Source: Octopus sinensis (lineage: Eukaryota). From it: a DNA stretch of 64,000 bases. Positions within the stretch are counted from its first letter, which is position 1. Each line of letters starts with the position of its first letter. Under the pieces are notes generated by a model. The model was given only the letters and a program-made list of their open reading frames with translations. It ran no database searches and was not told the DNA's origin. A program made the position numbers and the translations under genes. Shown here piece by piece: positions 52,026 to 60,500 of this stretch. The stretch spans positions 11,160,001 through 11,224,000 of the forward strand of contig NC_043014.1 of assembly GCF_006345805.1 (NCBI RefSeq), in the 5' to 3' direction.

Positions 52026-54581
52026 TCAAGGCGAGGACTCGTTCTGATGATGACCGAAGTCCCTCGCTTGCTTCATGATACCTTCTTTTTTAAACTGGCT
52101 GAATGCCTGCCTCTTTAGGGGCTGCGGCAAGCTGAGCGCTTCCACGACGCGCTTGTCTTCCTTATGTTTTAGCTTAATGTGCCTCGTTAGCTTCGCCTGC
52201 ATCACGCCACAGAAAGGACACTGTCGGGACGGCTTTTTGTAGCTCTTCATCTTTCTGAAATCGTTGAGGTCACAGCTGCCGCCAATATCGACATTGGCAT
52301 TAAGGCAGTCCCACGATATCTCCCCTTTGTCAGTACCGTGACCCCCACCATCGAAACCAATCGTCTCGCTGTCTTCCAAGCCAGCGGCAGCCTGGTCCCG
52401 CTCGCAGCTCTCACAACTGTAGCTTCCACTGTTGCTATGACAACTACAAACTGAAGTCCCCAACCTCGCATTGTTATGACACAATTCACCAGCATTGCTG
52501 CTACTACTACTACTACAACTGCCACTACAACTACCACCACTACTACTACTACTACTACTGCTGCTGCTACTACTACTACTACAACTACTGCTGTTACTAT
52601 TGTTACTGTTTCCTGTACAACAGGTATTAATATTCCCTGCTATACTAGTACTACTACCCATACTACCGCTATTGCTATTACTACTACTACTACAAGTAAT
52701 ATTGCAACTGTTACTCGTACTACTACTACTACTACTACTGCTGCTGATGCTGCTACTGGTGTTCACAAATGGCATATGAGATAAACTCATCGAGGACGAG
52801 CTGATTATTTTTTGTTGTTGCTGCTGTTGTTGTTGGTGTTGTTGTTGTTGTGGCGGTGGTGGTAGTGGTGGTGGTGGTGGTTGCGGTAGTGAGGGCGGTG
52901 GCAGAAGAGACGACGGTGAGAGCATTGACGTTGCTGGAGGTAGAGACGTTGATGGAGGTGGCACTGGTGGTATTGACGGTGGCGGTGGTACTGATGGCTG
53001 TGGTAGTAGTGGTGGTGGCGGCGCTGCTACTGGCGCCGGTGGTGGTGGTGGTGGTGCTGGCAGCGATGGTGTCGACTGGACGCCCGCGGCGGCACACCCC
53101 CCACCGGCAACTCCGCTGTCAGCGCTGAGTCCACATCGCTGACCGCTGGTGTTGCCACCACCACCACCACTACTACTACTACTATTATTACTACTACTAC
53201 TACTACTATTATTACTACAACTACTACTACTGCTAGTAGTAATAGCACTACTACCACTATTATTATTCTTATAAGGAAGGTTGCACGTTTCCCCGATAGC
53301 GGAAGGGGACAGATTTGGTAGCCCGTAGGGTGGAGGCACTGACAAGCCAGCTGAAGGATGATGGTAGGCACTATTCTTTGAAGATGATGCCGAAGATGAT
53401 GTCGGAGAAGGGGAAGGAGAATTAAAAGAGTTTGGAGATGGAGGAATGGGATTGGCAGCCAAGTTCTGATACATTGGTGATCTGTGTGGATAGTTCTGAC
53501 CAGGTATACTGCTTTGGTTTGCGTTATTGTTAGTAGCACTCATGGTGCCTCCCTGCCCAGTGAAGTAAGCAGACCCAGTACTGCTGTCACAGAAGCTGTC
53601 TGTGTGTCCAGGATCAGAGTGCAGCCGAGCGGCACGACTTCGTGACATTGCGGAACCCATGACGCTCTGGTCTGGAATATTGTAGGACATTACGGGTGAG
53701 AATCCGTCCTCAGCGTTTGTAAAGCTTTGGCAATTCCTTGCGGAAATTGGTGCAGAGTGCTGTTGTTGTTGTTGAAGAAGAGGTGGTGGATGTGGAGGTG
53801 GTGGCGGTGGCGGCTGCAATGTCTGTGAGCAGTGCCGCCCGACCACAGAACTGTTTGGAGGGGGCGTGAAGGGCGAATGGTTGAAATCGAGGGGAGAAGT
53901 CGATGAGGGAGATGGAGATGTGCTGTTGAACTTTTGACGTTTTATAGACGTGACCCCTTCTTCTAAGACTCCAATGGCACAAGGCTGGCTACCTTCAGCG
54001 TGGGACCACTTGTTTTGGACACCATTAATCTCATACAGAGGTGATGACATTATTGCTGGAGATGAAGAAGGCATGTTTACTGGAGACTGAGACGACGGCG
54101 CCGGTGGCGGTAACAACATAAAGTTTTCTGTCCCAGAAAATGCTAGACTGGACATGGTTTCGGGCTTGCCGGCCTTTATATATAAAGACGGTTGCTGACC
54201 GCTACCTTGGTATAAGTTTTCCTGTGAAAGATATTGTTGTTGGTGCTGCTGTTGTTGTTGTTGTTGTTCCTGCTGATGCTGGTGGTAATGTTGCTGTTGA
54301 TGATGATGCTGCTGTTGTTGATGAAGATGGTGTTGTTGTTGTTGTTGTTGTTGATGATGATGATGATGCTGATGTTGTTGTTGTTGATGATGATGACTTA
54401 GCGAATTTGGTCTCTTGTGGTTCCAGGAGGAATCGCAAGGCGAACTCTCTTCGACAGAACCGCAACTGAAAGTGGAAACGCCAAACGGCTGCATAGAGGA
54501 ATTCCTGGGACTGTTATCGACCGGTTCCATCCGAAAGTCCATGTGGCATCCGTCGACGTTGGACGCAAACGGGTTGCCACA
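52026..54581 (-). CDS. 3' part of the same giant zinc-finger protein (polyQ/H, polyP, polyS linkers plus eighth module; stop TGA at 52026-52028)
   Basis: 838-aa ORF (52026-54542) whose frame stays open upstream to ~54968. It ends in YKKPSRQCPFCGVMQAKLTRHIKLKHKEDKRVVEALSLPQPLKRQAFSQFKKEG, the same module as the upstream ORF. Confidence 0.85.
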   Translation of the reverse strand, partial: CGNPFASNVDGCHMDFRMEPVDNSPRNSSMQPFGVSTFSCGSVEESSPCDSSWNHKRPNSLSHHHQQQQHQHHHHHQQQQQQQHHLHQQQQHHHQQQHYHQHQQEQQQQQQQHQQQYLSQENLYQGSGQQPSLYIKAGKPETMSSLAFSGTENFMLLPPPAPSSQSPVNMPSSSPAIMSSPLYEINGVQNKWSHAEGSQPCAIGVLEEGVTSIKRQKFNSTSPSPSSTSPLDFNHSPFTPPPNSSVVGRHCSQTLQPPPPPPPHPPPLLQQQQQHSAPISARNCQSFTNAEDGFSPVMSYNIPDQSVMGSAMSRSRAARLHSDPGHTDSFCDSSTGSAYFTGQGGTMSATNNNANQSSIPGQNYPHRSPMYQNLAANPIPPSPNSFNSPSPSPTSSSASSSKNSAYHHPSAGLSVPPPYGLPNLSPSAIGETCNLPYKNNNSGSSAITTSSSSSCSNNSSSSSSNNSSSSSGGGGGNTSGQRCGLSADSGVAGGGCAAAGVQSTPSLPAPPPPPPAPVAAPPPPLLPQPSVPPPPSIPPVPPPSTSLPPATSMLSPSSLLPPPSLPQPPPPPLPPPPQQQQHQQQQQQQQKIISSSSMSLSHMPFVNTSSSISSSSSSSSSTSNSCNITCSSSSNSNSGSMGSSTSIAGNINTCCTGNSNNSNSSSCSSSSSSSSSSSSSSGGSCSGSCSSSSSSNAGELCHNNARLGTSVCSCHSNSGSYSCESCERDQAAAGLEDSETIGFDGGGHGTDKGEISWDCLNANVDIGGSCDLNDFRKMKSYKKPSRQCPFCGVMQAKLTRHIKLKHKEDKRVVEALSLPQPLKRQAFSQFKKEGIMKQARDFGHHQNESSP

Positions 54582-57500
54582 CCGAACATGTCCGTGTCTT
54601 GCGTTGCGAGATATTGCTGAGTTTGTAGCTGCTGCTGCTGATGATGCTGATGTTGCTGTTGTTGATGTTGCTGTTGCTGCTGCTGATGTTGTTGTTGCTG
54701 CTGCTGCTGATGCTGGTGCTGCTGCTGTTGATGTTGTTGTTGCTGCTGCTGATGTTGGTGTTGCTGCTGCTGATGTTGTTGCTGCTGCTGATGCTGCTGC
54801 CGCTGTTGTTGTTGATGTTGTTGGTGTTGATGCTGCTGCTGCTGCCGCTGTTGGTGTTGCTGCTGCTGTTGTTGTTGTTGTTGTTGTTGTTGTTGGTGTG
54901 GTTCTTGCTCTGGTTGCGTAGAAGCAGCAATATAAGACGAGAAGTCCTTGTAGGGAGACATCATGGCATTAGAACTGGAACCAGGAGGGGCATCGAATTC
55001 CTCTTTCAGCAATGATGTTGGCAGTGATATCTGATTCAAAGAAGCCATAGTTTCAGACGACTGTTCCGTCTCAGCCTCGGTACTCAGCTCAAGATCCGGA
55101 ACAGAATTCGTCAGCCAATCAGAAGCATTGAAATTGGACAGAGCTGAACTACAGCCAATCATATGCATTTGTAAGACATCTTTCTCGTAATATGTGTCAC
55201 AGAGAGGACAAAGTACTTTTGAAACCGAACCTTTTTGGTTGGTGATGTCGTTTCGAACACTGGAACTGGTGTTCGTTACCATGTTATTTTCATTAGCTCG
55301 CTTTAGTTCGTTTGCCAGCCCTTCTTCTTTAAACTGGTGAAATGCATCTCGCTGAAGGTTTGGAGGCAATTTTAGTGCTTCCTTGACACGTTCCTCTTCT
55401 TTGTGCCGTAACTGAATATGGCGTTTTAATTTGGCTTGTTTCACACCACAGAATGGACATGGTGTAGGAGGTTTCCGATTCGAAGAGGTGCCTCTTCCGG
55501 AATTAAGGCTGACGTTGTTGCGTCCGCCGGTGTTTGTTCCCAAACGTCTCGGTGATGAGGACTGCGAACTTTTCGGTCCACTCGTGGTTGCACTGCATCC
55601 ATTGCCACTAGAACTACCCCCAACAGCCGTGATGCTGTCGTTAACTGGCTGGTAGTTTACTACAGATATTCCCTGAGAATCATATGATAAATACATATTT
55701 GCAGGATCAAATTTGAAGTCTTCGTCCGGGAGTGGTGGCAATATGTTGGTCTTATTTGAAGCTACTGGTGACAAAGAAGTGTTAGTATCTTTAGACGGGA
55801 ACATGGGTGGCAAGCCGTAAGACGGCTGCGTTTCTAAACCATAAAGTGTTATCTGAGACTCGGTCCTACTAATATCTGGATGAGAAATGAAAGAGGAATT
55901 CACTTTGGAATCAACCATGGCATTCAACTCAGGATATTTAGAAAAGTGGTTATCTCGACCAGAATCATCTTGAATAAGGGAAGACATTTGTTCCATGGCT
56001 AAAGCACTAAAAGTCAAGTCTTCAACTGGGGAACATGGTTTTTCCGTTTTGATATTAATATTATTTAGAAAAAAAGTGTCTTGGGAAGGGCAAGTAAATT
56101 TGTTATTTTTCACTTCAGAATTATCCATTGGTTCCAAAAGTTTTGGAAGAGATTCATGGCCAGATTTACCAGTGTTCATTTGATAAGAACAAAACTGTTG
56201 GTTTCTGGTAGTGTCCAGACAACCTGTTCCAAATGGAGTTTCAATTGAATTGCTTTGTCTGTTGCACTCAGCCTGGCTTGACCAAACCTCAGGTGATGGG
56301 TCGGAAATACCTTTCATCTCAGGATGAACAAGACTTTCGTTTGCAATCTGCTTCTCTGAAAACCTGTCGATTAGGGTGTGACTCGGAATAATGTGTTCGT
56401 TCAAACCCATAATTTTGGACGATTCTCTAGCTTGAGCAAGAGATTCGTTTTCCAAAGGAGACTTTTTCGTTTTTGCAGAAGAAGCAGATGATTTCAACAG
56501 GTTTTCATCAAATTCATTAATTGGTTTATGCTGCTGCTGCTGCTGTTGCCTACAGTCCATATCTAAAACAACAGAACCGGTCGCAGCAGGTAATCTATAG
56601 CTTCTATTGGAATGGTTTTCAGGTTTGTCAATTTTTCTACCACCGAACGGTTTCTGTTCCTGATTCTCATGATGGTTCGAATGAAAAGCCAGGAACTTCT
56701 GGCTCTCTTGGTCGTGCCTATCTTCTTTATGCCTTTCATGTAGGTTATCACCAGGGACATCAGCACTACAACAAGATGATGGTTCTTGTTGATTTCTAAC
56801 AACAGAACTAGAAGAATTTCTTTTAAAATCAAAATCAGAAACTACAGACATGATATTCTCAACATTTCTATCTCCTTCATTAACAGTTTTCTTAATCGGT
56901 CTGACAGAATTCCCTTTCTGTAACATAACAGCGGGGTTCTTTGGTGAACTGGTGACATTATTTGCTAACTGATAACAATCTGTTGACACAGCTGCAAATG
57001 GAGATAAACTGGTGCCCCGGTTGCAACTGTTCATGGCACCGCTGCCATGATTTATGTTTCTGTTTGACTGCAAAGTAGATACAGCTGCACTGTCTGCACA
57101 TTTGAACTTGCACTTTGCAATGTGTCTTCTAAGCGTGCTTTTCGCAAAAGGCTTCTTGCAGTGTGGACAGTTAGAACCTTGCGAGTGCAAAGGTCTTCCA
57201 CCACCAACAAGCTTTCTGGATGTCCTTCTCTCAATATCTTCGATAGCATCGCTGTCCATGAACATCGAAGACTCGCCCATTCGACGGAGTTTATCTTTCA
57301 TGATGCCTTCTCGTTTGAAATGACTAAAGGCCCTCAGCTGCAGAAGTTGTGGTAACTGTAGGACAGCTTTTACTCTCCTGTCCCCTTTGTGTTTTAATTT
57401 AATATGACGGGTTAGTTTCGCCTGCATTACACCACAAAATGGGCAAGGCCGAGAAGGCCTCTTGTACACCCTCAGAGCATTATTGGACTGTTGCTGGACT

Positions 57501-60500
57501 GTGTTATTCATTTTGTTTTCCTTTGTAATTGATGACTGTTCTTCCAAAGATAGATTAAATTTAGCTTCCTGCTCAGGGACATCATCTGGAATGAGACTAC
57601 AATCATTGTCTGAATGATCAGATAGGCTTCTTTTAGATCTTACAGAATCTGGCATTTCAGGAACTCTTTTAGGGTCCACAATGGTTAAGGATTCTTCAAT
57701 TATGGTAATGTCTGGGACTTCCTTTCTGTTTTCAAAATCCATATTTCTGTGGTTGCTATCAGAACTATCACAAAGTCTTTTGATGGTAGCATGGCTATTT
57801 TCACTATCTGATTTCATTGGTGCATCTAATCGAATAATATACACCTCTTTGGTTTCATCACTGTTGACAACCTCAACAGATGTTTGGGGGAGGTCCTCAT
57901 TTGACTCAAACACAGAACCGTCGTCATCATTTTTATCCATGCCATTCTCATAATTATCCACTGTATCAGGTTTGGAGGGGAGTTCTGTCACTGGCTGGAG
58001 TGTAACCGTATCAGTTAATTGCAGGTGCGCACGGCCACAGAGAAACATATGATCACTTAGGCTCTCCATTGGTATAATTTGATCACAACCACTACACACG
58101 GCATTCTGTTGACAAGATGGCAACACCTGACCAACTATCTTGTGTTCTTTGTCAAACCAAGTTTCCATTTGAGATAATTTATTTTTCAAAATGCCTTCTT
58201 TCTTAAACTGATTAAATGCGTGCCTTTGCGATGGCTGGGATAAACTCATCGCCTCCTTCACGCGATCTTCATCTTTATGTTTCAGTTTGATGTGCCGAGT
58301 GAGTTTAGCCTGCATTACACCACAAAACGGACATGGACGGGAGGGTTTCTTGTAAGATCTACCAAAATAACTTTGATTACATTTAACAATGGAACTACTT
58401 GAAGGTTTTGAACCATTCAACGGAAGATGTGGCTTAGATGGATTATTGACAGAAACTACATCACTTTTATCAGCATCATCAAAAGCATCAGAAACAGGAA
58501 GTGAAACACTCATTTCCTGTTTAAGGAGAGAATTGGTTTCAATTAGCTCTCCGTCTTCTAAATTTTCAGATTTACATTCTGTATTCCTCAGAGTTTGTTC
58601 ATAGTCTTTTAGTATATTCTCCTGAGTGTTATCTATATCATGGTTTGATTCAGCGTTGGGATCACACGGGTTTTCGGTGATTCCATCCTCAAAAGAATTA
58701 TCTTCTAAATCAGGTTTGTATTTCACCTCAAAATCCTCGCTTGACACAGCAGCTATTGGTTCAATTCGGATAGGGTTACTTTGGAATTTGATATCATCTT
58801 CATGTTGCAATGTATTTTCAGCACTATAATTTTCATCTTCTAAATCTTCAACTTCTTTTTTCAACTTTAAATTCATAAAAGGCCCCGAATTTGGCTCCTT
58901 GGCATCATCATCAGAGCAAGGAATATTTGATTCCTGTTGATATTGCCAAGTAGAATTAAAAGATTGATCAGTTTCTTTTAACGAAGGAGAAGACACGGAA
59001 ATACTTTTGTTTGGCCCATCACCAGGAAAACTTTCAACAGGGGAATGTGAGAACATTTCTTGCTCATAGGACCAATCACTTGTATTAAAATTAGAAAGTG
59101 CAAGGCTGCAACACTGCATATGTTCCTTCATTGCATCTTTCTTGACAAATACATTACAACTACTGCAGACAAGCCATGGAGAGGAATCAGACTGGAATGT
59201 ACACTCAGGAATTAATTCCTGATACTGCTCTTGTTCTGTTAACCTTTTAGCATTTTCTTTCATGATGCCTTCTTTCTTAAACTGGTTGAAAATCCTACGT
59301 TGCATTGACTGTGGCAACCGCAGTGTTTCTTTAACGCGGTCTTCATCCTTGTGTTTTAACTTAATATGCCTCGTTAATTTTGCTTGCATAATACCACAGA
59401 ATAAACATGGTCGAGACGGTTTCTTGTAAGTTCTTGGTTTGTTGCTAGCAAAACCTGATGGTTCATCCTCTATCGTTATGACGTTCGCCTGACTCTTGAC
59501 TGATAGATGTTTATCAAATACCGAAGAGCCTGAGTTACAGTTGTGACCAGTAGTTACATCTTCATCAGATGAATCTGAGATTGAAACAGGAGACATTAAT
59601 TGTATGTCTTCGTTAGCGACCTCCTCTTTCACAATCCCACTGCTAATATTATTATTATTATTATTATTATTATCATTATTATTATTATTACCATCATTGT
59701 AAGTTTCCATTTCCTCTGAGATTGATGACAGAAGTTGCTTCTCAGAGTTTTGGTCTCTTGTTTGCTGGAATATATCGTCATTTAATTCAGACTTTAAAAA
59801 GAAAGCCGTTGCTTGGTTGGCATTAGATAGTTGAACACTGTAGTCAGTCACATCATCAGAACGGTCGCAAGAATCTGGTGGAATTTCAAGAATTTCTTCC
59901 TTTAATACAATAGTCTCTGAATTTAGAAGATGCTGTTTATTTGAGGAATCGCTTGCTTCCGCGAGGTCTATTTCCTCTATCAACTTTACTTCACTGTCTT
60001 CAACATCGACTTCTCCTTCCGGTGCAATGAAAATGGTTTTGATTTTCTTGCTACTTGGTGGCGCAATATCATATTCTTGAATATTCTGCAACTCACTGAT
60101 GTCTAAGACACCTCGACGACTATCGTTTTCATCATTTCTCTCAACAGGAGATACAAAAGATGGTGGTGGTGATGATGATGAAGTAGACATGGCTGCTAAA
60201 GAAGATGGCTGGGTATCAACATTATCAAAGGATTTGGAACTACTGTTGTCAGAATTTGGTCCTTGGCTAGAAAGCTGACTGGAAGTATCAAGGGAGTATG
60301 GAACAGATTTACAGGTAACAATATGTTGGTTGATGTCTTCTTTGGGCTGAGATTCTTTACAATAAGGACACACAACCATTGATATATGTCCATAAGGAAT
60401 TCTCTCTATAATAAGGCAATCAGATTCAGAAAGACTGTTAATTCTACGCATATTTTCCTTCAGAATTCCTTGTCGTTTGAATTCATTAAAAGCATTACGC

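Noticed and set aside
54570-54600. Programmed -1 ribosomal frameshift
   Set aside because: No X XXY YYZ slippery heptamer at the inferred site; a sequencing indel is more parsimonious.
52247-55015. Overlapping plus-strand and alternate-frame ORFs (polyL/V/T/A/N)
   Set aside because: They are shadows of the coding trinucleotide tracts of the minus-strand gene.
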